NCBI GenBank assembly: GCA_016748015.1
Contig: JAAOMT010000436.1
Coordinates: 631,522 to 695,521, forward strand
Reading direction: 5' to 3'
Length of the DNA stretch: 64,000 nucleotides
From: Geosiphon pyriformis uo1
Lineage: Eukaryota; Fungi; Glomeromycota
Shown here: one piece after another, positions 39,796-52,325 of the stretch
Layout: each line of letters starts with the position of its first letter
Position numbering within the stretch: the first letter of the stretch is position 1
Program-made: the position numbers and the translations under genes
Notes under the pieces: generated by a model
What the model saw: the letters and a program-made list of their open reading frames with translations, nothing else
The model's database searches: none
Told to the model about the DNA's origin: nothing

Positions 39796-40483
39796 TAATT
39801 TCCTCCTCAAGACTGAGCTCTGTTAAAGTCCAAGTACTGTCTGTAATTTCCAGATAATAATCCAAAATTATTGAAGAAATTTGGTCTGAAAATTGTTGAA
39901 ATTTCAGTTCTGTGAGCTTTCCAATATATTGAATCTTCAAAGGTTGTAAAATTGGGTTTTGTAGGATGTTTTTACAGGTGTGGAATAGGTAATAAAGTCT
40001 AAGAGCAGCTCTGAGCTTGTAGTGACTGTTTGTTGGTCCAGCTGTTGTCTTAAATTTGTTGTGGAGTTGTTTCTGAATAGCTTCTTTTGTGAAATTTGCT
40101 GTTGTAAGTTCCAGTTTTCGTTTGTAGAGTGTTTTTCCAATGTGGAAATATCTATAGATTAGAGAGTATTCAGTGCTTTCTTTATTGAAACACAGTTGAA
40201 GTCTTTGTTGAATTGTAGCATTTGGTGGAATACTAATCAGAGTGAGCATTAAGTTTTCTCTTAAAGCAAGCTTTAAAAGTTCTGGCAGGTGAATTCCAGA
40301 ATAACTTCTTGTGTTCTTCTTATATGGGTGATATTTTCATGAATTTGGGGCTAAATTTGTAATTACTTCTGTTTGGGTATAATTAATGTGGTTTTTAGTA
40401 ACAATAATGGATAATTCGGGTATTGTTTTTAAAGCTAACATTAGTTTTTGGGATAATTGTTGAATGTTTTGAGAAATAGTCAT
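39764..40483 (-). pseudogene. Family A accessory ORF3 (~239 aa, one internal TGA), function unknown
   Basis: ATG at 40483 in frame with ORF 39764-40249; single stop at 40337-40339; runs through the PPT into the LTR. Confidence 0.7.
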
Positions 40484-40609
40484 TATAAGAGATTTGAAAA
40501 TAAAAGAAAATTATTTTTGGTGTATGGGTTTTTATGTTTTTTTTTTTTTTTTTTGGGTGATTGTTTCTAAATTATAAGGAGATAACTATAATAATAAATT
40601 TAAATTAAG

Positions 40610-41990
40610 TGTTCAAGTTGGGAGGTTGTTCAATAACAACTATTGGTTCTAAATTTCAGGGAATATCTCCAGAATTGATTAAAGAGAAATGTGTACCAAT
40701 TTGTGGAATTAATGGTTCAGGATTGTTTCTGGAATTATAGTGTTTCAAACAATCTCCATGTGCAACTTTTGCTAGGATTTTGTCATCAAGTCTTAGCTTG
40801 TATGATCTATTGCCTAGGACTTCATGGATAAAGAATGATCTATCCCATTTATTTTCAAATTTTCCACTCTATTGTTTTTCAGTTTTAGTTTTGTGTAAGA
40901 GAAATTTGTTTTCGATTTTAAATTCATTGGTAACTGGAGACAATTTGTCGTCATGCCATTTTTTTTGTTAAGCTTGGGAGTGTTTAATATAGGTGGCTGC
41001 TATTCATCGTTTTCTTTCCAACATGCTAAGCAGAGTGTAGGCTCTTTGTTGTAGTGTTTCCTGAAAGTTGTCTTTATTAATTGGTTGTACTAGGTATGTT
41101 TCCATTATAAAACTAATTGGTAACGTTGCTGTTCTTCCATAGGTTAAATCAAATAGTGTGTGTTTTGTGGTATCTTGTTTTAGTGTTCTATATACTAATA
41201 ACACTGATGAAATAAAGAAATTCCATTCTTGCTCAAAATTAGTTGAGACTTTGGCTAATAATTCACACAATGTTCTGTTAAAATGTTTTACAAGTTCATT
41301 TGTTTTTAGATGGTAGGACGAAGATAATAGTCTCTTAACATTAAATCATTCACAAATTTCCTGAATTAAATTGTTTACAAAATGTGTTTCTTGATCAGAT
41401 AAAAGTTCTATTAGGCATCTATGTTTATAAATGATGTTTTCATAGATGAAGTTTGCTACTGATTTCGCATCTGCTTATTAAATGGCTCTGGCTTTAGGCC
41501 ATTTGGTGAGATAGTCTACAGCTACTGTAATATAACAGTTTTCTTGGTTTGTGATAGGTAGTGGTCCGACTAAATCAATACCAATTCAGTTAAAAGGCTG
41601 TCCAACTTTGATTGGGTTTAAAGGTTCTGTAGGGTGAGTTCCTTCTCTTCTTTGACAACTATCACAAGACTTAATATATTCATGAATGTCTTTTCTCATT
41701 TGAGGCCAAAAGTAATATTTTAGTGTTCTCTGAGTGGTGCTGTCTTTTCCTAGGTGTGCTGATGAAAGGTCTGAGTGCATGTTATATAAAATGGTTTCTT
41801 TTTCATGTTCTTGTATTAATTTGAGCAGATTGTCTGGGTTTCTAAAGTTTCAATAATAAATCATGTTGTTGTGTAAGAGGTATTGTTTGGCTTGTTGTTG
41901 TAACTGATGTTTTTCATCTGAGGACCAATCTGTTGGGATTATTAATGCCTTCAAATATTGTTTAAGATTGTTGTAGTTTTTGGGGTTCAT
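40610..41990 (-). pseudogene. Family A integrase as a stand-alone ORF (MNPKNYNNL...LEPIVVID)
   Basis: Own ATG at 41990, after the pol stop at 42037-42039; HHCC zinc finger, DDE core, GPY/F-like region; no chromodomain seen. Confidence 0.8.
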
Positions 41991-44900
41991 TGTTTGTTGT
42001 TTTGTTGTTAATTCAAATGGGTGTTGGTTTTGTATTCTAATCTTGCCTCATTCTTGAAAGACAATCAATGTTGGTGTGGAGTTTTCCTGGTTTGTGGTGT
42101 ACAATGTATCAGTTGGCTAAAAATCCTGTCCATTAGGTTTGTTTTGCGTTTAGCTGAGTGTTTTTGTTCTGAAGCCATTTAAGTCCAATATTATCAGTAA
42201 TAATATCAAATTTTTTGGGTCTGAGGTAAAGGTTGAAGTGATGTAGGACCCAGATTACTGCTGCAGTTTCTAATTCTGTTGTAGGGTAGTTCTTTTTGGC
42301 TGGTTTCAATGTTCTGTTAGTATAAGCAATTACTCACTCATTTCCATTGTCATCTAACTGTGATAGGATGGCACCAAAGGCAGTATAAGAGACATCTATT
42401 ACTAACTGGAATCAGTTGCTAAAATCTGGGTAGGTGAGAATTAGAGCTGTTATTAGTTTTTCTTTGAGGATTTCAAATGTGTTTTAGTGTTCAGCAGTCC
42501 ATTTGTATTCAACATTTTTGATGGTAAGCTGGTTGAGAGGTTTTGCGATTTCTGAGAATCTTTTGATAAACTTTCGATAGTAGGAGGCTAACCCTATGAA
42601 TCCTCTTAGTTCTGTAGTATTTTGAGGAGTTTTGAAGTTTTTAACAGCACTGATTTTTCCAGGGTCCGGTTTGATTCCATCTTTACTAATGATGTGACCA
42701 AGAAAGACCAAATTTGTTTTTCCGAAGTAGCATTTTTTGATGTTCAGTTTTAATCCTGCTTTCTATAATCATTAAAAGACTTCACACAGGTGTTTTAAGT
42801 GTAATTCAAAAGATGGTGAATAAACATCAGTATCATCAAGATAGACAACTACTGATTTCCAAAGGAGGCTTTTGTAAACAACATCCATGAGTCTTTGGAA
42901 TGTTGCTGGTGCATTGCATAATCCAAAAGGCATTACATTAAACTCGTAATTTCCTCCTTGAGTGGTGAATGCTGTTTTGGGGCAATCTTTGAGATCCATG
43001 GCAACTTGTCAGTATCTATTCTTTAAATCTAATGTCAAAAAGTATTTGGACTTCCCAAGAGCATCTAGCATGTCATCAATTCGGGAAAGAAGATAGGCAT
43101 TTCCAATGGTAACGCTGTTGAGTTGTCAATAATTAACACAAAATTGTATCTTTCCATTTTTCTTTTTAACTAAGACCACAAGTGAGGTCCATAAACTCAT
43201 TGATGGTTAGATAAGCCCATTGTTGAGCATCTGTTGTATTTCTTCACGGATAAATTGGTGACTTTCTGGAGCAACTCAGTAGGCTTGCTGTCACCTTGGT
43301 TTGGCATCTCCTGTATAGATTTGGTGTTGAACCAAATTAGTTCTTCCTAAGTCATTGTTGTTTTTGGCAAAGATATCAGCAAATTCTGCAATTAGCTCTT
43401 TGAGCTGGCTCTGTTGTTGTGGTTCAAGTTGTCCCATGTTGATTCGAGATAGTTTTCCATGACAACATAGTAGTTTTTAGAGCTGGAATTTGGGTTGATT
43501 TTTAATAGTAAATGTCCAATAATTTCAGAGAAATTGGAGACTGTTTGGGGTAATTCTTGTTGAAAGATATTACTGTGAATAACTCCAATTTCTAAGTTAT
43601 TTAATAAAACTATGGGGTAATTATTGGGATTGTAAAAAGTAACTCAGACTTTCTTTGTTCCTTCTGGGATGTAAATATTTGGGATCAAGATATTATGTTC
43701 CAAGCAGATTCGTTTATTGGACTCAAAAATTTGCTGGATGGTTGTTGGCTTTGGGCAGGTATAGATTTTGGGGTGTTCTCCAAAAGGTGAAATAGTGATT
43801 GGTTGGGGAAGGTGTAAAATCTGGTGAGACTCATTCTGTTCATTAAGAGCTATGTTTACTGGAACTGTAAATTGTCCAGTTGAACCAAAACCTTGTGTTC
43901 CTCTTTTGCTTTTTCCCAATTGTTCTCTTTGATTGACTAACTGTAAGCCCGAAATGTTGATTAAGAGTAAATAAATAGCTTGAGCAATTTTTTCAGCATG
44001 TTCAATCTGAAAAGGCTTATCAGTTTCATTTTGTAACATGATTGTAATGTCTCTTGTATATCCAGAATCTATGATTCCTCCTCTAACATTGATTTCTTTG
44101 CTTGCCAATGATGATCATAAAGCAATTTGGACTATTGCTCCTACCTTCAAGTATCTGAACATCTTGGGATAAAAGATTACTTGTTGGTTAATTCTTACTC
44201 TTTTCCTAAAACATATAAGTGTAATATTTGAAGATTATTGAATAAAACATGACTGAAGAGTACATCTGATACTTGATATTAAATTCTAAGAGCACCAACA
44301 TAAGGCATAGATTATACCAAGTGTGATCATTTGTTGACAGTACAGACTATCTCTCTACCTTCAAATTCCCCAATTACCTTTTGAAAAGAATAGCAACTAA
44401 AATATTTTATAAGACTGATCTTGCATATTGAATCCATACTTATTCAATTTGCTCTTTGAAATTGAATTTCCTTTGATTATTTTCATCACTCTACAATCCT
44501 GTTCTCCCTTGCTATCTGTTAGCTTGTTATTCCAACCTATAACATAAAAGTAGTGCTCCCTGTAAGGTTGTCAAAATCCACTTTGTTTCCTATTATATGG
44601 GTGATTATTTATACCTGCCATAATAATCAAAAAAACACTTTGAAACACACAACAAAAATGATCTAGACTTTATTGAACTCAATCCTTTGTCCTTCTGCTT
44701 GATTTGCTTTCCATTGAAAAACAATTCAGCAGACAATTTTAAGACTTTTGGAACTGGTTCCTGAATGAGCATTTAGCTAAAATCTACATAGCTTATATAA
44801 CTTATTACTTTGTTCAAGCTTATTTTGAAGACAACTCTAAAAAAAGAAACAACAGTATCAATCAACTTTTATACTCCATAACTTTTGAACAACAGCCCTC

Positions 44901-47900
44901 TGATTCCGAATATCTGAATCATCAAATCTATATTTGGATTGCTGCCCATCAAACAACTGAAACTCCCTTTGAAACAGAAAAAAAAAGCTATCAAACTGCT
45001 CCTGTTTTTGACTTTTTATCAAGTGAATTAAACTCATCTACACAAACAGTTACTCCTAAACCAATGGCTAATGACCCCATGTAAGCAAACATTCTGGCCA
45101 CCCTCCAAGATATACAAATTGCTCTAGGAAGAAGAAACAATACACCACTACCACTATTTAGAAGTGATGCACAAGATCCAATTGAATAGTTAGATGATTT
45201 TAAGAGAGCTGCCACAGCCAACCAGTATAATAAAGAATACAAGTTCCAAATCATTGGTGGCTATCTCCAAAGCTTTCCTACTATCTGGTTTTCACAAAAA
45301 ACAGATGCCAATGCTTAACACCGAATAATCAGATGGACACCAACTAATGCTGGAGAAAAAAATACCTCTTTCACTACCCAGTTTGAGACCAAGTTCAGAA
45401 CTCTAATATTAATATCCAAATGGCACATGGAATTAGAAAAAAAACCCAAGACCCTGGAGAAGTAGTAACTGAATATGCCAAAGCTATCAAAAAACTAATC
45501 AAACATGTAGACTCTGAAAAAAATTGGACAAAAGAGCAGAAAATACATTTCTTTATAAAAAGACTGAGAACTGATCTATCATATGCTCTTTGGCTCTTCC
45601 TGGCCTTGAAAGATAATCCTACAATAGATATGGCCATTGAACTTGCTCAGAGAATAGAAGTTAATCAAAGAATGCACCTAGAATCCACACTTCTAGTTTT
45701 TGTTTCTGCTCCTGTTATGGTTCTTGCTCTCCAAATAGCTGTTACCTCTTTTGCTGCCCAAACTCAAGACCCAAATGAACAGTTAATAGATAGACTTACA
45801 GCTAATCTTGCCCAGCTATTAGAACTATTAGCCCAAGCAGTCAGAGACAACTAGCAACTCCAAAGACCCAGATTTGAACTCTGCTTTAATCAGTCCCAAC
45901 AACCACCATATCAAAGACAACAAAATTGTGGCCCACCTGTGTGCTATCACTGTGGACTAACTGGACACTTTTTCAGAAACTGTAACAATTCTCCATTGTC
46001 TCTTTCAGCTCCCAGAAATAATGACACCCAGAATAACAAACCCAACAATAATAATGTTTCCAATCAAAGACCCAATCATGCCAACATTAATTTTTTTGGA
46101 GAGGATCTCTTAGTTGAAGCTACTGTTTATCAGCCTTTAAACTGATAGGTGCACCTCCAAAAGATAAGAGTATAAGCCAACCAGAAGAAAACCCTTTTTA
46201 TGCTTTTAACCTAACCAATGATGATCATAATATGGATGAATTAGCAATCAACAACTCTGAATTAACCAGAAAGAAGAAGAAAGCCAAGGTTGATTTCATC
46301 TTGAACCCAAACAAAGCATCCAAATTATCTCCTAATAACAATGAGCCACCAAAGACTAAGGTTTTTAAAAATCCTTCAAAGTTGGAACCCCCAGAAATTG
46401 TACAAAAATCTGGACCCTATTCTGTTGTTAAAGATCTCATGGAAACCCCAGCACACATTACATTTAACCAACTGATGACCCATCTACAGTTCAGAAAAAA
46501 TCTTTGCAAATTATTAATACTAAAAAAAAAAACACCAAAAACCAACAAATGCCTTTGCCAAGTTGAATTTGTTGATAACAGTAATGTTACTCCTTTGATT
46601 TGTAAAGCCCAAGTGGCTGGTTACTTTATTGATCTGATCCTAGACAGTAGATCATCTGTTAGTGTAATTGCCAAACATTTTTTTGAAACAATTGGCAGAA
46701 AGATTAATGAGCCTTCTACAAAACCAATGACCAATGTACATAATAACAAGAAGAAAGGCCTGGGTATAGCCAAAGCTATTTCTGTTTGCATCAATAGTAT
46801 TAGCATTAAAACTGATATGGAAGTATCTGAAGCAAAAAAGTATACTATTATTGTTGATAATAAGTGGCTTAAGAAAGCCAAAGCACTACTTGACTATGAA
46901 CTATGTGAGCTAACTATCAGATGTAGTAAAAAACCCATTGTAGTTAAATGCTATCATTGGACAACTTCTCTAGCAACCAAACAGAACCAAGAAAAAGAAC
47001 AATCAGATGAATCAGATGATAATAAAAGTGATAATAAAGATCAAGAAAAACCAAAAGAAACTGTTGAACTTATCTATACTATCTTTACCAGCAATGGCAA
47101 GCCACTAGATAATGTTAAAGCTGACAAAAAAGAAATTATAGTAAATGGCAAGCTGATCTGCTGGCCCTATTATGATATTCTCAGAACTTTTGACAGAAAA
47201 CCTGGCAAGAAAGCAAAATACAGTTATTGGTAGCATGGCCTTTGTACATAGTGCTGGTGTAATAAATCTTTGTATTCACCAAGTAATGAATAGAAATCTT
47301 GCTTAATCTATTACAAAGATTAGGAACCAATTAGCTTAATACTCAGAGAAGAATTAAAAGAAATACAAAAATCCTTTGAGAATAAATCACCTAAAATTTA
47401 ATTACTAGTTGTAAAACAAAGAGAACTTTTTTCTAAAGAAAAAAAAGTGGACATTGAAAATCTGTTGACTAGAAATAGCCTAGTTATTTCAAAAGAAGGT
47501 GATACATTTGGATGAACCCATGTAATACAACACACTATCACCATAAAAAAAACTTGTCTCATCTATTTGAAGCCTTATTAATCTAATTGATACAATAATG
47601 AGTTTATCAAGAAAGACATAAACCAGATGAAAAATCTTGGATTCATACAAGAAACTAAGAGTAAATAAGCTTTCCCAGTTGTAGTGGTATTCAAGAAAGA
47701 TGGAATTCTATGCTTTTGTATTGACTACTACTAATTAAATGCCATCACTATAAGAAACATGTATTTACTTCCCAAAATAGATGTAATGCTAGATAAATTC
47801 AATAGTGCTGCTTTTTTCTCAATCATTGATTTAACTGCTGGATTCTGGCAAGTAGAAATGGATTCAGAAAGCAGAAAAAAAACTGCTTTTATCACCAAGT

Positions 47901-48887
47901 ATGGCACCTACGAATTTACAGTCATGTCTTTTGGTCTCATCAATGTTCCTTTCATCTTTTAATGCCTAATAAATAAAGTGTTTAAATCAGTAAAAGAAAA
48001 CTTTGTTCTAGTTTACTTGAATGACATAATAATATATTCAAAAACCTGGAATGAATACCTTGAACATTTACAGAAAGTTTTTGATCTGCTCAAAAATGCT
48101 GGTCTCAAGATCAATCCAATCAAATCTTTTTTTGGATACCAATTCACTTAGTTCTTTGGTCATCTTATTACAAAAGATAGAATCTTCCCTGACCCAGCTA
48201 AAGTTGAAAAAGTTCAAAACATTAGACAACTAATGAATGTTCCTAAACTACGTTTTTTCCTTGGTTTGGCCTCTTACTATTATAGATTTATCAAGAATTT
48301 CTCCAAAATTGCCTTTTCTCTCAATCAGCTACTCAAGAAAAATGTCAATTATTATTGGAGCACTTATCAACAAAAAGCTTTTGAATTTCTGAAGAAAAAA
48401 CTTGTTACTGAACCAATTCTTAAACAACTTAATCTAAACCAACTTTTTATTCTCCATACTGATGCATCTGGCTATAGACTTGGTGTTGTCCTTTCACAGA
48501 AAGATGAAAATAGCAGAGAACATGCCATAACATATGCCAATAGATCTTTCACACCAGCAGAAAAGAACTATTCAGTTACTAAACAAGAATGTCTAACAGT
48601 AGTTTGGGCTACTAGTTACTGAGATCAATATCTTCTTGGTGCAAAATTCTTAGTGGTAATAGATCATTAAGCCTTGGTTTGGCTGCACAATAAAAAGAAG
48701 CTGGAACACAAATGAATAACTCATTGGATACTCCACTTGAATAAATTCGACTATAATATTCAACACCACAAAGAAGCAAATTATCAAAACATTGACATTC
48801 TCTCTAGACTTACTATTCAGTGATAGTACAACTTCTCAAACCAAACCAACTTAATTATTAGTAACTCCTTCACAAATAAACACAATA

Positions 48888-50177
48888 ATGGATTTGGACA
48901 ACTATTCTGCCTTAATAAAATTTTTGGGTAAAGAACAATACCCACCAGAATACACTTGACAGCAAAGAAAATATTTGTGCAAACAATCAAATTTCTATTT
49001 AATCTGCCAAAACCAATTATATAAAAGAAACAGAAAAGATCTTGACCACTCTCAGAAAGTCATCAGATTTGAAGAAAGAGAAATTGTAATATACAACATG
49101 CACACTAACTCATTAGCTAGACACTTTGGAAAAACAAAAACAATTCAAAAAACTTTAGCTCGTTATTATTGGCCTACCTTAGAAAAAGACATTGCTGAAT
49201 ACATCAAAACCTGTGACATCTGCCAAAAAAGAGGCAAATCCAATTGCAAAGAAGATATCTATCCAATCTCTGTTGGTTAACCATTTGACAGAATTGGTAT
49301 AGATGTTGTTGGATCTTTAACAATCACTCTTGATGACAACAGATATATTATCACAACTACTAACTATCTTACAAAGTGGGTAGAAGCAAGAGCTATTCCA
49401 GACCAAACAGCAGTCTTAATAGCCAATTTCATTTATGAAGATATCATTTGCTATCATGGCTGCTCCAAAGAACTCTTATCTAATAGAGGAAAAGCTTTTT
49501 TTAGTACACTGGTTGAAGAACTTTGTAGAAAAATGGAAATATGTTATAAACTTTCCTTCTCTTATCACTCCCAAACAAATGGCCTAGTAGAACATTTTAA
49601 TAGAACACTATGTGAAATCCTAGCCAAAACCAGTGAAGAAACAAACTTATAGAACAAAGTACTGCCTTCAGCTTTGTTTGCTTATAGAACTGTGAATCAT
49701 AACATAACAAGTTATGAATCTTTTTATCTGCTCTATGGATGCATGGCAATACTACCAATAAAAACTGATATTGAAACAATACTTTTTGAAGAGATCACAA
49801 TAGGAAATTACAAAGACATTTTGCAAAAAAGACTTGGTACCATTCTTGACTTTTTGGTAGAAGCACAAATAATTGTTTTTGAAAAAATAAAACAGTTTCA
49901 AGAAAAGCTTAAAAAAAATAAAACCTATAAAATACTTTCTTTAAGTGTTGGTAACTTGGTACTAGAATACCATTCTGACAGAGACAATATTTATGGTGAT
50001 AAGTTCTCTAGCTGATGGAAAAGACCCTTTATAGTCAACAAAGTTTTGAAAAATGGTTTTTATATTCTTCAAGATCAATCCAAAACAATCTTTAATGATC
50101 ATTCTGTTCACAGTACATGACTCAAAAAATATTATAAATAACCTGATTGGCTGCCTGTTGTAGTAATACTGACTTAA
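48888..50177 (+). pseudogene. Family B integrase as a stand-alone ORF (MDLDNYS...WLPVVVILT)
   Basis: ATG at 48888 in a different frame from RNase H, which ends ILSRLTIQ** at ~48821-48826; HTN...HFG...CDIC, IGIDVVG, QTNGLVE. Confidence 0.75.
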
Positions 50178-50242
50178 TTGATCAGCAAAAATCATGTATA
50201 AATAAATACACCATTCCCAAAACAGAGGTATCTTCAATTGAC

Positions 50243-50899
50243 ATGAACAATTATTTTCTGGATTAAAACATTCAAAACACTTTCTATACTCTCCATGAGT
50301 ATTGGATTAAAAACTATCCAAATGCTACTTTGACCATTGGAAAACAAACTACTATAACTGATAACAGTAGAACACATACTGTTATTAGATCAAAGAAAAC
50401 TATTACCAAAAGAGAAAGAATTGGTAGCAAAATGAATAAATATTTGTTAGAAAGTATAACAGCAGCTATACTTCCATCTTTCAGCACAATTGGAAAAACA
50501 CTCTAAGAAATCTTACCCATAGACAAAAATTTGTCATATGGAAGGCAATTAGAACTCTATGATCACCTTGGTGAAATTATAAAGGATATGAAACTCATGA
50601 AGAAAACAACTTCAGAGATACAGGCAGAAATTTTGAACATTATATGGTTAGATATTCTAAGAGTTTTAACTATTGCTAAAAAAGCCAAAACTCTAATACA
50701 AAGATTTGGTCTTTTGGATACAAAACTCATTTTGTTTCAAGTGTTATATACATTATTTACAAAAAATTTCAACAAAATAGTTAGCTTTGAGTTAGATAAA
50801 ACTTTTTAAATAAATTACATCATAAATAGCTTGATTTTGCCAGAGCTCAATCTCTTTGGAGAGGATAATGTTATAGTTAAAACTTATATTTTTTATTAA
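50243..50899 (+). pseudogene. Family B accessory ORF3, function unknown
   Basis: ATG at 50243 in frame with ORF 50531-50809; a few TAA interruptions; continues through the PPT into the LTR. Confidence 0.6.
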
Positions 50900-51615
50900 T
50901 TATCACATATATTAGCCACTGATATTATATAAATTAGCTACTTTATTTTTAGATAGTGATCATTGACCTGATTATTGACTTGACTGTTGATCTGATCATT
51001 AATCTGATTATTGACCTAATCAATGACCTGATCATTGATCTGACCATTGACCTGATCATTGACCTAGTCATTGACCTGATCATTGACCACTTTTGACAAC
51101 TATATAAGTGATGAATCTCTTAGCTATAAAAAAGCATGTTCAAAATAATCAAGAATAAATAAAATAACAACTTTCATCTCAATCATTCTCTTATCACTAA
51201 TTTTCCTTTCCCTATCTTCAAGTATCTGAACATTTTGGGATAAAAGATTACTTGTTGGTTAATTTTTACTCTTTTTCTGAAACATATAAGTGTAGTATTT
51301 AAAGATATTGAATAAAACGTAACTGAAGAGTATATTTGATACTTGATATTAAATTCTAAGAGTGCCAACATGAGGCATAGAATTATACCAAGTATGATCA
51401 TTTGTTGACAGTATGGACTATCCCTCTACTTTCAGATTTCCCAATTATTTTTTGAAAAGAATAGCAACTGAAATATTTTATAAAACTGATCTTGTACATT
51501 GAATTCATACTTATTCAATTCACTCTTTGAAGTTGAATTCCCTTTGATTATTTCTATCACCCTATAATTTTGTTCTCCTTTGCTATCTGTTATCTTGTTA
51601 CTCTAACCTGTAACA
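50869..51615 (+). repeat. 3' LTR of family B (~747 bp)
   Basis: TGTTA...TAACA termini; matches 44140-44544 and 60289-60920. Confidence 0.9.
50957..51088 (+). repeat. Tandem array of 11 x 12-bp units (consensus TGATCATTGACC) inside LTR B
   Basis: Directly visible; only 2 units at 60376-60399 in the other copy. Confidence 0.9.
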
Positions 51616-52325
51616 GTATTTTTTGTTGTTGAACAAGACTTTTACTAACTAAATCTGATGCCAGAACTCTAACTAATCTTTTTTTAAGTACAAAATCACT
51701 TATAATAACAGTCAACTTAACAATAAAAGAATTTGTTTCTTGAAAAATAATGAGAAATACTGCAGTAAAACCAGAAAAAACTTCTTTTAAAATTGCTGAT
51801 TTTTTATGAAAATTTGAAACAAAAAAAAGAAAAAAGTTTTTTTTTTAATATATTACTGTATTTTTTTATTATTTACTGTTATTTAGTACATAAAACCAAA
51901 CTAAATGGCTTAAATTAAATACAGTTTATGCTTTTACTACATGTAACTAGCCATTTAGACCAGACAAAGCAATACTAAACATTTATACTAATATAAGTGT
52001 CTTTATTTAAACCAGAAAAAAAAAGCACTTATTGTGTTTATTAAAACTAATAACAAAAAACTCCACTATACCAAGCAACTGAATCATCGCATCTAATAAC
52101 ATAGATATTATATTACAAGACAAATCTAAAACTATGCTACCATTTTTAACCAATCTAACTTTTTTTATGTTTATTTTATGTTTCAATTTTATAAGTCATA
52201 TCTTAATTTAATGTAATTTCACCAAATATCTTATATACTCAACAATAATAGAAGCCATTGTTACTTATAAAATATAGAAATTATATTAACATATAAATTA
52301 GCCAATCAAAAGTAGACATAGTAAA
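51616..52325 (-). mobile_element. Probable degenerate LINE ORF1 fragment
   Basis: Minus strand near 52290-52310 reads LANLYV, like ORF1 LA(K/A)(L/I)YAK; AT-rich decay. Confidence 0.4.

Larger units (their letters stand above)
38815..44142 (-). mobile_element. Ty3/Gypsy family A copy 2, 3' half (partial dUTPase, RT, RNase H, separate integrase, ORF3, PPT, 3' LTR); 5' half deleted
   Basis: High similarity to 1-2250; integrase H-H-C-C (HSD...AHLG...CDSC), IDLVGP, SDQ core; PPT; LTR. Confidence 0.93.
44140..51615 (+). mobile_element. Ty3/Gypsy family B copy 1 (truncated 5' LTR, PBS, gag, PR, RT, RNase H, separate integrase, ORF3, PPT, 3' LTR); pseudogenised
   Basis: LTR remnant 44140-44544; PBS T(A/G)GTGCTCCCTGT at 44551; CYHCGLTGHFFRNC; LILDS; IDLTAGFWQ, YLND; HTDASG; integrase 48888-50177; PPT GGAGAGGATAA; 3' LTR 50869-51615. 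Confidence 0.93.

Noticed and set aside
39764-40483. ORF3 as a retroviral-type env
   Set aside because: Too short; no signal peptide, TM helix or furin/fusion motif visible
50957-51088. CRISPR-like array
   Set aside because: Contiguous 12-bp units with no spacers, inside an LTR, in a eukaryotic context
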